This document shows, one piece after another, positions 1 through 8,520 of a DNA stretch of 14,981 nt. Below the pieces are notes generated by a model. That model saw only the letters and a program-made list of their open reading frames with translations. It was not told where the DNA came from and made no database searches. Positions within the stretch are counted from its first letter, which is position 1. Each line of letters starts with the position of its first letter. The translations under genes and the position numbers were made by a program. The stretch comes from an uncultured delta proteobacterium. GTDB lineage: Bacteria; Myxococcota; Myxococcia; Myxococcales; Myxococcaceae. The stretch spans positions 1 to 14,981 of the forward strand of contig CAVUXN010000001.1 of NCBI GenBank assembly GCA_963745475.1. The letters are read 5' to 3'.

Positions 1-2
1 CC

Positions 3-1070
3 CCGGCGGTCCGCGTCCGGGACTGGGTGGTCCGCCCAGTCAAAGGTCCACCCACCGAGGATGAGCGGCTCGATGACCTGGTGGAGTTGCTCGAGAAACA
101 GCTCTCCGTCTCCACCAACGAAAAAACCATCACCATCAGCATTGACTGGCCCGACAAGCACCTCGCCCATCAGCTCGTGGAGACGGCGTTGCAGAATTTC
201 CTCGAAGCGCGACACGCCCTGGAGGTGGGCACCATCGCCGAAGCCATTTCCATTCTCGAGCGACATGCAGCGGAAGAACAAGCCTCCGTCGACACGGCGC
301 TGGATGACATCAAACGCCTCAACCTGGAGCACCCGCTGCGGGCATCCGACCTCGTTCCGTTGGCCGTCCCCAGGACACCCAAGAGAGACTCGAAGACACG
401 TGAGGCCTCCGAGCTAAAAGCGATGCTCGACGGGAAACGGCGCGCCATTCGGGAGCAAGAGGAGTATGGCGCCCGCCGCATCGCCGAGCTGCAGGCCGAG
501 CTCGGTCAACAGAAGCAAGTCTACGCCGAGGCGCACCCCACCGTGATTCGGTTGCGTCAAAGCGTGGCCGCGGTCAGTGAGGAGTCCCCCCAGCTGGCGC
601 AACTGCGCCGTGAAGAGAGCGAGTTGGCCGCGGAGTATGCCCAGCTCGGTGGTGACGAGACCGGCCGCGACAGCGACGTGCGGGCGGCACCCCAGCGTCT
701 CTCCGAAGCACGACGGTTTCTGGACGTGTCGAGTGAAGCGCCTGCCGCGGAATATGCGAAGGCCAGGCTTCGCTTCGCGATGAACAAGTATGACAGCCTG
801 ATGGAACGGCTGGACGCGGCTCGCATCGAGCTGGACACCGCCCGCGCCGCATTCAAGTACCGTTACACCACCATCCGCCCCGCCGAGCTGCCTAAGCACG
901 CGGACAAGCCCAAAATCCCGTTGGTGTTGGGCCTCGGAAGCCTCGGTGCGCTCCTGGCGGCTGCCGCCGTCTCCCTGTTGGTCGACATTCGCTCGCGGAA
1001 GGTGGTCGAGGAGTGGCAACTTGAACGCCAAGTCGGCCTGCCCGTCCTGGGGATTTTGCCGGAGTCATGA
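3..1070 (+). CDS. Polysaccharide co-polymerase / chain-length determinant (Wzz/Wzc-like, no kinase domain), 5'-truncated by the window edge
   Basis: The frame is open from position 3 (PAVRVRDWVVRP...), upstream of the track's start at 27. It has long coiled-coil segments, a 'YAEAHPTVIRLR' motif, a Pro-rich 'RPAELPKHADKPKIP' before one C-terminal TM helix, and ends 'LERQVGLPVLGILP'. It lies next to a flippase. Confidence 0.85.
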   Translation, partial: PAVRVRDWVVRPVKGPPTEDERLDDLVELLEKQLSVSTNEKTITISIDWPDKHLAHQLVETALQNFLEARHALEVGTIAEAISILERHAAEEQASVDTALDDIKRLNLEHPLRASDLVPLAVPRTPKRDSKTREASELKAMLDGKRRAIREQEEYGARRIAELQAELGQQKQVYAEAHPTVIRLRQSVAAVSEESPQLAQLRREESELAAEYAQLGGDETGRDSDVRAAPQRLSEARRFLDVSSEAPAAEYAKARLRFAMNKYDSLMERLDAARIELDTARAAFKYRYTTIRPAELPKHADKPKIPLVLGLGSLGALLAAAAVSLLVDIRSRKVVEEWQLERQVGLPVLGILPES

Positions 1071-1145
1071 GGGGGTTCTTGGCGGACGTAGGCATGTTTC
1101 ACAGCCGTCATGCGCCCGGCGTCTGTGGCGTTCCATCGTGCACGA

Positions 1146-2661
1146 ATGACTGAGGTGGCGCAGACGTTGGCCGCTCCAGCGGAGGAAGCTGGGAGCGTCC
1201 ACATCGCGCGGAATGCTCTGGCTCTCGTGGCCGGCCAGCTCACCACCATGCGTGCTGGGCATCCTCTTCAGCGGGCTGCTGGGGCGGAAGCTGGGCGTGG
1301 GGGACTTCGGCCTCTACTTCCTCATCAACTCCTTTGCCACCTTCGCGTTCGTGGTGGTGGACTGGGGTCAGCAATGGTTCACCGTCCGGGAAGTGGCCAA
1401 GGCGCCCGAGCGCGTCGGTGAGTTCCTCGGCACGGGGCTCATGCTGCGCACGGTAGGAACGTTGCTGGTGAGCGTGCCGGCTGGCCTGGCGGCGTGGGCC
1501 TTGGGCTACGAGCCGAGGACCAGGTGGTTTGCTGTGGCCTTCATCGCGCTCAGCCTGCCAAATTTCCTGGCGCTGAATTTCGGCTTGGTGTTCCGGGGCC
1601 GTGACCGCATGGGCCTCGACGCGTCCGTCTCGGTGACCAACCGGGCGGTCGGCCTCATGCTGGCCATACCCGCCCTCGCCCTGGGGCTCGGGTTGGGCGG
1701 GGTGGTGGTGGCGCAGGGCATGGCCGGGGTGGTGGCACTGGCTCTGGCCTTTCGGTTGTACCGCCGGCTCGCGAGCGGTCCGTTGCGCTTCTCTCTGGCC
1801 ACCTCTCGGGAACTCCTCCGCGGCGGGACGGCCCTCGCTGCGCTGAACCTGGCCGTGTACGTCCAGCCGTACATTGATCGCTGCCTCCTCTCCAAGCTCG
1901 TCCCTCCAGACGCGATGGGTTACTACGGCGCGGCCAAGACCATCATGGGGATGCTGCTCGCTCCGGCCCTCATTCTCGTAACGGCCTCTTTTCCAAGGCT
2001 GTCTCGCGCTGCCAAAGACGTCCCACTCCTGCGGACGGAATTCGCCACCGCGTTACGTCCCGCGCTCTGGCTGGGGGCCCTGGCCGGTGTTGGGACCTGG
2101 CTCTTCGCCGATGTCGCAATTGCCGTTGTCTACGGGCACCGCCGATTTGGTCCGGCCGGAACCATCCTGAAGGTGTACGGCATCGGACTCTTTCTTATTT
2201 CCGTGGACATGCTCGTCGGGATGGGACTCACCGCGGTGGGCCGTGCCTCCCTCTTTGCGGCGTTGAAGGCCGTCTCCGTGGTGGTGGGCGTGGGGTTGGA
2301 GCTGCTCTTCATCCCTTATTTCCAGCAAAGGATGGGAAACGGCGGAGTCGGCGTGACGTTGTCCACTGCACTCACCGAACTCATCCTCCTCGTCGGTGGA
2401 ACGCTCCTCATGCCACGCGGAAGTCTTGGCGGAACGGTGTTCCTCGACTTCGGCCGTGCAGTGGCCTGTGCGCTAGTGACTTTCTTGCTCTTCCAGTTGC
2501 TACCGCCGCTTCCGCCCTGGGTGAGCATTCCTTTGTGCATCCTGGTGTTCACCGCCCTCTCGACCGGCCTCGGCTTGCTGCGGCGAGGGGACTTGGTGGT
2601 GGTGCGGGCCCTCCTGCGTCGGCGTGCGGTCGTGGGCGACCTTCCCGCCGCCGTGCCGTAA
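1146..2661 (+). CDS. wzx: Wzx-type oligosaccharide flippase (MOP superfamily), interrupted by a +1 frameshift near 1251
   Basis: The N-terminus MTEVAQ...IARNALALVAGQLTTM (ATG 1146) lies in the frame of ORF 1110..1421. The remainder (VLGILFSGLLGRKLGVGDFGLY...DWGQ...REVA...GYYGAA...FPRLSR) lies in the frame of ORF 1213..2661. Removing one C at 1251 gives a continuous ~504 aa multi-TM protein. Confidence 0.88.
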
Positions 2662-2807
2662 AGCCCGCCGAGGGGTTGCGCCGGGCCGGGCATAGACGGG
2701 TGGACCCAGGTCTCACCGGAACGCACTGCGGAAGAGTGAAGTAGCATCCAGCACGCCCGCGTGGTGTCCAAAGGGCGCCAGTCGGCGCTCGGGAAAGGAC
2801 GGAGCGA

Positions 2808-3851
2808 ATGAGGGCTGCGCTCGTTGGCGCAGGACAGATTGCCCGGCAGCACCTCGCCTGTCTGCAGGAGCTTCCCGACGTGGAAGTGCGGGCAGTCTGT
2901 GACGTCTCGGCCGCCGCGGCCGAATGTGCGGCCGAGCGTTTCCGGATTCCGAAGTGGTACACCGACTTTCGGGAGATGCTGGCCGTGGAGCGGCCCGACG
3001 TCGTCCATGTGACGACGCCTCCCTCGTCACACTTTCGGTTGGCCACCGCCGCGCTGGAGGCCGGTGCGCATGTTTTTGTGGAGAAGCCCGCGACGGAAAG
3101 CGTGGAGGAGGCCCGGGCCATCCACCAAACCGCCCGCGTCGCTGGCCGGGCGCTGGTGGAGAACCACAACTACCTCTTCAACCGGGCGACTCGAAAAATT
3201 CTAGCGGAAATCGACAGTGGGGCTGCGGGCAGGGTGCTTCACATGGAGGCGCTCATTTGCCTGGACATCCTTGGCCCGAGCGGTTTCGCCGACCCGAACC
3301 TTGCCCACCCCGCACTGCGGATGGCCGGGGGTGCCATTGCCGACTTCCTTCCGCATCTGGCTTCTCTCGCCTGGCGCTTCGTTGGACGGCACCGGAGCGC
3401 CCACGCCCTCTGGTCCAAGCGAGCGAACTCGGCTCTGCCCTTCGACGAGTTTCGCGCCCTGGTTGAGGCCGAGCGGGGAACGGCCAGCCTCGGCTTCAGT
3501 GCCAGCGCCCAGCCGGATGCGTTCTGGCTCCGCGTCTATTGCGAGCGCCTGCAGGCCACCACCAACCTCTTCGAGACGCGGCTAACGTTTGACCGCGTCC
3601 TGTCTGGGCCCAAACCGCTGCGGCCGCTCCGCAATGGACTCCAGGAGGGCAGAGACGTCCGACGGGCCTCCTGGGGAAGCCTCTGGCGAAAGCTGAGCGG
3701 CGGTCCGGGCTCGTACGACGGACTGTGGGAGCTGCTCCGCGGGACCTACGCTGCCCTTTCTCAGCACCGGGAGCTGCCGGTTGGCTTGCAGCAGGTGGAG
3801 GAGGTGGGGGAGCTGGTGGCGGCGCTGAAGCCGAGGGGGGTTGCGCAGTGA
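2808..3851 (+). CDS. Gfo/Idh/MocA family NAD(P)-dependent oxidoreductase
   Basis: Rossmann motif 'ALVGAGQIA', 'DVVHVTTPPSSH', 'HVFVEKP' and a DxxxH motif 'DFLPH'. A GGAG SD-like sequence precedes ATG 2808. Confidence 0.92.
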   Translation: MRAALVGAGQIARQHLACLQELPDVEVRAVCDVSAAAAECAAERFRIPKWYTDFREMLAVERPDVVHVTTPPSSHFRLATAALEAGAHVFVEKPATESVEEARAIHQTARVAGRALVENHNYLFNRATRKILAEIDSGAAGRVLHMEALICLDILGPSGFADPNLAHPALRMAGGAIADFLPHLASLAWRFVGRHRSAHALWSKRANSALPFDEFRALVEAERGTASLGFSASAQPDAFWLRVYCERLQATTNLFETRLTFDRVLSGPKPLRPLRNGLQEGRDVRRASWGSLWRKLSGGPGSYDGLWELLRGTYAALSQHRELPVGLQQVEEVGELVAALKPRGVAQ

Positions 3852-4933
3852 GAGTCCTGGTGACGGGGGCGAATGGCTTCCTTGGACGCCACGTCGTTGC
3901 GGCATTGCTGAACCGCGGGCACTCAGTTCGAGCGCTCGTCCGTCCGGCAGTCTCCGTCGGGCCGCTGGGGTGGCCTTCGGCAGTCGAAGTCGTCCGTGCA
4001 GATTTGCGCGGAGGAGCCCTGGAGTCGCTGTTCCCCGGCGTGGAAGCCGTCGTCCACCTCGCTGCGGCAGTGACGGGAGGAGAGGACGCCCAGTTTGCCG
4101 CAACTGTGGCTGGAACGGAGCGGCTTTTGGCGGCGATGGAAGGCTTCCCTGTCCGCCGTCTGGTGCTGGCCAGCTCCTTCTCTGTCTACGACTGGAGTCA
4201 CATCCGCGGCACCCTCGACGAGGACTCTGCTCTCGAGGTGGCGCCTGACCTCTATGCGCGAGACGGCTATGCAGTGGCCAAGTCCTGGCAGGAGCGAATT
4301 ACCCGCGCTGCCGGAAAGCGAAGTGCCTGGGAGCTCGTCGTACTCAGGCCAGGATGGATTTGGGGACAAGGGCTCAGCTACCTGGCCGGCCTCGGCCAGC
4401 GCTTTGGCTCTGTCCACCTCGTCATCGGCCCGGCGACCCGTCTACCGCTCACCCACGTGGACAACTGTGCTGACCTCTTCGCACTCTGCGTCGATGCGCC
4501 GGCCGCCGCGGGGGAGACGTTCAACGTCGTCGACAGCGACGAGGTCCGGATTTGGCAATACCTTTCCGACTACCTGCGCCGCAGCGGCGAGGCCAGCTGG
4601 CGGATTCCCGTTCCCTACCGGCTGGCCTATGCGACGGCCCAGCTTGCCTCAGCCATGAGTAAATGGATTTTCCATGGCAAGGGTAAGCTTCCGAGCGTGC
4701 TGGTCCCGTGTCGCTTCGAGGCGCGCTTCAAGCCCCTTCGGTTTTCGAATGCCAAGGTGCGCCGCGTGCTCGGCTGGGTTCCGCCCTTCTCGTACGAGGT
4801 TTGTTTGGAACGCACCTACGGGCGGTTGGACGTCGGGGCTCCCGAGGCCCTGGGGCGCAGCGCAACCGTCGAAGCGCTTCCTGCCGTGACTCCAGACCGA
4901 GCGCCGGCCTCCACGGAGTCCGTCGGCCGGTGA
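3848..4933 (+). CDS. NAD-dependent epimerase/dehydratase (extended SDR)
   Basis: Likely start is GTG 3848, overlapping the upstream stop (GTGA), rather than the track's 3725. Motifs: 'VLVTGANGFLG', 'VVHLAA', 'SSFSVY', YxxxK 'YAVAK', 'LRPGWIWG', 'THVDN'. Confidence 0.92.
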   Translation: MRVLVTGANGFLGRHVVAALLNRGHSVRALVRPAVSVGPLGWPSAVEVVRADLRGGALESLFPGVEAVVHLAAAVTGGEDAQFAATVAGTERLLAAMEGFPVRRLVLASSFSVYDWSHIRGTLDEDSALEVAPDLYARDGYAVAKSWQERITRAAGKRSAWELVVLRPGWIWGQGLSYLAGLGQRFGSVHLVIGPATRLPLTHVDNCADLFALCVDAPAAAGETFNVVDSDEVRIWQYLSDYLRRSGEASWRIPVPYRLAYATAQLASAMSKWIFHGKGKLPSVLVPCRFEARFKPLRFSNAKVRRVLGWVPPFSYEVCLERTYGRLDVGAPEALGRSATVEALPAVTPDRAPASTESVGR

Positions 4934-6294
4934 GGGCCTCGCCCGGGAACAGCCTGCGCGTCATCCTCACGCTCGCCTCGCTGCTCGCCTGCAGTGAACG
5001 GACGAGTGCGGATTCGGCCGCACCCCCAAAAGCACCGACGTTTTCCGCGCCGCCGGGCAGCATGCCGCTGTTGAGCCGGGCAGTGCCGGCTTCCTCTTCC
5101 TCCGGAAATGCGCGCTGGGCCCAGGACGCGGTGGTGGCCTCTCCCGCTGCGGACCACATGTGGAATTGCCGCGGTGACTGCTGGCTCGCGTATGACCTTT
5201 CCAGCGTGCCGGAAGGGCTGCGAAGCCGCCTCTACTTGGCGCTCTTCTTCGGGGGGAATGCGCAGTCCCAACTCAACGTGCACGCCCTACGGGGCATGGA
5301 CCTTCGGGGCGTCCCCACGGGCGGCTACCGCATCGAGGGCAGCCATTCCTCCTCGGGCCCGTGGACGACACTCGTCACGGTGCCTTCGCTGGCGCAGGCC
5401 TCGCGTGTCCATGTGGTGGACTTCCAGGGTTACACCTGGGTTCGCTACGTCTCGCCGGACGCCACTCGGCTGAAAATGAATGTGTACAGCGCCGCGGAGG
5501 GGGTGGGCGAGGGCCTGGTCATCTACGGCGACTCCATTGCCAACCTATTTTTTGTAGCGCCTCCGCAATCCTGGTTTTCGAGCGCCGTGGAGGCGCAGGC
5601 GCCGGGACGCTTCCCGCCCATCGTCGGCGGGGGCATTGCCTACCTCACGTCCATGGATGGCCGGGACCTGATTGTGAAGGGGAGCGGGCCCTTCTCAACG
5701 GGCATGGGCGGCCCGCTCCTTGACGTCTATTCCCCAGTGGCCTTTCTGGGGCTCGCCTATGGAGTCAATGACGCCGCGTCGGGACCAGCTACAAACGAGC
5801 AGGCCTTCTTCGAGGCCTACCGGGACATCATTCGGGCCGCGCTTGCCAAGGGGATGAAAGTGGCCATCGCCACGCCCACCTGGTCGCCCGACTCGAACCG
5901 TCAACAAGGCCTGAAGCGGTTGCTCGGCCGGATTGGACTGCACCCGCAGGTGGTCCCCGACTGGTCGCCAAAGAGTTACCAACTCCTGGACCAGGTGTGG
6001 CGCGACGGGAAAGTGTACCGCTGCGTGCAAGCAGGGACGAGCCGGGATGGTCCGAGCGGAGTGTGGTCGTCCTATGCGGACGGAGGCTCTGCACGCTGGC
6101 AGTATGTCCCGAGCCTCCGTGAGACGTTTGCCAAGGAAGTCGGCGAACGTCGGCTGCAGGCTGGGCCGGACTTGTACTCTCTCTTTGCGGACCAGCCCTC
6201 CTGGCTCGCCGACGGCTTGCACCCGAACCGGGCGGGCTCCGTCATCTGGCAGAAGGCCTGGGTGGACTGGGCGCTCGCCAACATGTACCGCTGA
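4930..6294 (+). CDS. SGNH/GDSL hydrolase-family lipoprotein (putative polysaccharide O-acetylesterase or acetyltransferase) with accessory domains
   Basis: GTG 4930 overlaps the upstream stop (GTGA). Lipobox-like 'LLAC' at Cys21. SGNH blocks: 'VIYGDSI' (Ser codon 5533), 'GGGIAY', 'AYGVND' (Asn codon 5767) and 'DGLHPN' (His codon 6220). Confidence 0.85.
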   Translation: MRASPGNSLRVILTLASLLACSERTSADSAAPPKAPTFSAPPGSMPLLSRAVPASSSSGNARWAQDAVVASPAADHMWNCRGDCWLAYDLSSVPEGLRSRLYLALFFGGNAQSQLNVHALRGMDLRGVPTGGYRIEGSHSSSGPWTTLVTVPSLAQASRVHVVDFQGYTWVRYVSPDATRLKMNVYSAAEGVGEGLVIYGDSIANLFFVAPPQSWFSSAVEAQAPGRFPPIVGGGIAYLTSMDGRDLIVKGSGPFSTGMGGPLLDVYSPVAFLGLAYGVNDAASGPATNEQAFFEAYRDIIRAALAKGMKVAIATPTWSPDSNRQQGLKRLLGRIGLHPQVVPDWSPKSYQLLDQVWRDGKVYRCVQAGTSRDGPSGVWSSYADGGSARWQYVPSLRETFAKEVGERRLQAGPDLYSLFADQPSWLADGLHPNRAGSVIWQKAWVDWALANMYR

Positions 6295-6302
6295 CCAGCT
6301 CC

Positions 6303-7319
6303 TTAGTCGGTCGCGCCTGCGTGTGGTGCGCTGTTCCGGCCTGGCTCAAGGAAGCGCCGCACCGCCGCGAGCACCCGTTTGCGTTCGCAGCTGACCGCTT
6401 GGTGCCCACAACGCCCGTCGAGAAGCAGAAGCTCGGCGCCACTGAGACGGGCGAGCTCGCGCGCGGGTGCGGGGTCCACGACTTCGTCGCGCTCGGAGAG
6501 GACGAGTAACAGGCGTGGTCGAAGCTCGGCCGCAAGACGCTCCAGGGAGCCTCCAGTCTTCGCGGGGAGGTCCAGGGTTTGAACCGCCTCGGCCTGGACC
6601 AGAAAATCCTCCTTGTCCATGTTGAGCTGGCGAAAGGCCTCGCGTGGAGCAAGCCGCCCCAAGGCTTGAAGAGCCCGCTGCCAAGTTCCCGTGGAGCGAA
6701 CGCGTGTGCGTGCGCTCTCCCAGTAGGCCCTATCGCGCTCGGTGGAACGAGGTGAGCCGGTAATGGACACCACGACGTCGGCAAACGCGGGCTCGCCGGT
6801 GGCCCAGCCCAGCGCCTGCATGCCGCCCATGGAGGTCCCCACCACCGCATGCAGGTGGTGGATTCCCAGCACGTCGGTGAGCAGCAGCCGCTCGCTGCGT
6901 ACGAGGTCTTCCATCGTCAGTCTGGGGAAGCTTGCGCCGGGCTGTAGAGGGCTATTGGAAGGCGAGGAAGAGACCCCGTTGCCGAGCGAGTCCACGGCGA
7001 TGACGAAGAAGCGAGAGCTGTTGACGAGTCCCGGCCCCCCCAGTTGACGGCCCAGCTCTCCGCTCGTCCCGAGAAACCAGGGCGTCACCAGCACCGCATT
7101 CAAGCCACTGGCGTCCAGCCGCCCATACGTCCGGTACCCGAGCCGGCAGTCGCGGATGACTTCGCCCCGGCTGGTGGTGAAGTCTCCCAACTCGGCAAAC
7201 TGTTGCTGTCCGCTGCAGGCCGCGCAGCCCAAAGCCACGAGCAGCGCCCGGAGGTGACGGCTGCCCGGCCAAGCGCCTGCCTGGCGCTCGCCAGCTGCGC
7301 TAGGCGGCGGCAACCTCAT
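6303..7319 (-). CDS. Homoserine O-acetyltransferase (MetX)-like alpha/beta hydrolase-fold protein with a putative lipoprotein signal
   Basis: MetX-like N-terminal strands 'LGDFTTSRGEVIRDCRLGYRTYGRL...NAVLV', then 'FFVIAVDSLGNGVSSSPS', 'FPRLTMEDLV', nucleophile elbow 'GTSMGG', acid 'RDEVV' and His 'GHQA'. The N-terminus carries 'RHLRALLVALGCAACSG'. Confidence 0.82.
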   Translation of the reverse strand: MRLPPPSAAGERQAGAWPGSRHLRALLVALGCAACSGQQQFAELGDFTTSRGEVIRDCRLGYRTYGRLDASGLNAVLVTPWFLGTSGELGRQLGGPGLVNSSRFFVIAVDSLGNGVSSSPSNSPLQPGASFPRLTMEDLVRSERLLLTDVLGIHHLHAVVGTSMGGMQALGWATGEPAFADVVVSITGSPRSTERDRAYWESARTRVRSTGTWQRALQALGRLAPREAFRQLNMDKEDFLVQAEAVQTLDLPAKTGGSLERLAAELRPRLLLVLSERDEVVDPAPARELARLSGAELLLLDGRCGHQAVSCERKRVLAAVRRFLEPGRNSAPHAGATD

Positions 7320-8490
7320 GAAGGCCTCGGGGTGCAGCTTCGGCTGGGCTGAAGCGCTTTCGCAGCCGCGCGAAGGGCCTTTCCACCCAGTGGTACATCG
7401 CCCAGGCGCAAACCGTGGCGAGCACGAACGCCACCAGCCCGACAGTCACCGGGTGCCAACCAGGGAAGTGGTACTGAAGCGTGTACAGAATGACGTGGTG
7501 CACCAGGTACAGCGAGTACGTCAAACCGCCGAAGAAGGCGACGCGCTTTTTATTCAGCAGCCGAAAGGGCCCCCAGCCAGGAAAACGCATGGCCGTCACG
7601 AAGACGGGAGTCAGTCCAATACCCTGAAGCGTGTAGCGGATGGACTCGCGGAACCACTCGGCCCGGTAGGCGAAGGTAAACAGGAGTAGCGCCAGGCTGG
7701 CCGGGAAGAGCCACCTCTTCCACAGCACGTCACTGCCCCGAGGTCCATCCACGACGGGGTTGAGTCCCACCGCCAGCGCACACCCGAAGAGGATGGAGTC
7801 GAAGCGGGTGTCGCTCGCCAAGTAGGTGCGGTCGGTGGGCACTCCGACGACGAGGGCGAGGTAACAGCGCCAGGCGAGGATGACGGCGCAGAGGCCCCAG
7901 AAAAACCAGGCCTGCCGCCGGCCCTGAAGCCCGATGCGGCGGGTGAGTAAAAAGAGCAGGGGGAAGAGCAGGTAAAAGTGTTCCTCCACCGCCAAGGACC
8001 AGTAGACGGGCGTGCCGGCGGGCACACCATCTGAACCATGGAAAACAAACCAGTAGTTGCCGTAATGCAGGGCGAGCGCCATGACCGGGCGGGGCTCGAT
8101 GGCGCCGCCATCCGCCGGGACGACACCGAGCACAGCCAGCACAGTTGCCAGGACGAGCACAATGTAGAAGGGCGGCAGGATGCGGAAGATGCGTCGCAGG
8201 TAGAAGTGTCTCAGGCTGACGCTGCCGCTGCGGGCCTCGAGCCTCATCAGCGAGGTGATGAGGAACCCGGACAGGAAGAAGAAGGTGGTGACGCCGAAGC
8301 CGCCCGGAATTTGATGTTGCAACCCAGCGTGGGCAAAAAACACGAACAAGAAGCTCACCGCTCGGAGCCCGTCGAGCGAGGGAAAGTGAAGGGAACTGGA
8401 CGACAGGACGCCGGGCGTTGACGTCAGCAGCGGAGACTGCGCTCCGCGCGCGTTTTGTGGGGACTTGGGTGATGGGTGGAGCGCATCCAA
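7300..8490 (-). CDS. Acyltransferase family 3 (OafA-like) membrane O-acyltransferase without a fused SGNH domain; start codon uncertain (TTG)
   Basis: Motifs 'SLDGLRAVS', 'FFFLSGFLIT', 'FYLRRIFRILP', 'WSLAVEEHFY', 'TRFDSILFG', 'YSLYLVH', 'YHWVERP', with multiple TM segments. Confidence 0.93.
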   Translation of the reverse strand: MDALHPSPKSPQNARGAQSPLLTSTPGVLSSSSLHFPSLDGLRAVSFLFVFFAHAGLQHQIPGGFGVTTFFFLSGFLITSLMRLEARSGSVSLRHFYLRRIFRILPPFYIVLVLATVLAVLGVVPADGGAIEPRPVMALALHYGNYWFVFHGSDGVPAGTPVYWSLAVEEHFYLLFPLLFLLTRRIGLQGRRQAWFFWGLCAVILAWRCYLALVVGVPTDRTYLASDTRFDSILFGCALAVGLNPVVDGPRGSDVLWKRWLFPASLALLLFTFAYRAEWFRESIRYTLQGIGLTPVFVTAMRFPGWGPFRLLNKKRVAFFGGLTYSLYLVHHVILYTLQYHFPGWHPVTVGLVAFVLATVCAWAMYHWVERPFARLRKRFSPAEAAPRGLHEVAAA

Positions 8491-8520
8491 TGGCGTGGGG
8501 GGCAGGGTAGCCGCTTCGCG

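Noticed and set aside
1071..1145. Possible sigma54 promoters (TGGC...GC) upstream of wzx
   Set aside because: GG-to-GC spacing is 9 or 11 nt rather than the required 10.
2662..2807. 146-bp intergenic region with several short hairpins, considered as a riboswitch or ncRNA
   Set aside because: Stems are only 3-5 bp in GC-rich DNA and I recognise no riboswitch consensus. An Rfam/Infernal search would be needed to revive the idea.
4708..4929. Extended N-termini given by the ORF track (4708, also 3725, 9474 and 12485)
   Set aside because: They overlap neighbouring genes extensively. Downstream starts at 4930, 3848, 9300 and 12251 fit the domain boundaries and stop/start coupling.
7300..7325. Possible hidden frameshift turning the 20-nt AT3/MetX-like overlap into an ATGA overlap
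   Set aside because: The AT3 domain is already complete before this point and its tail is unconserved, so the sequence alone gives no evidence either way.
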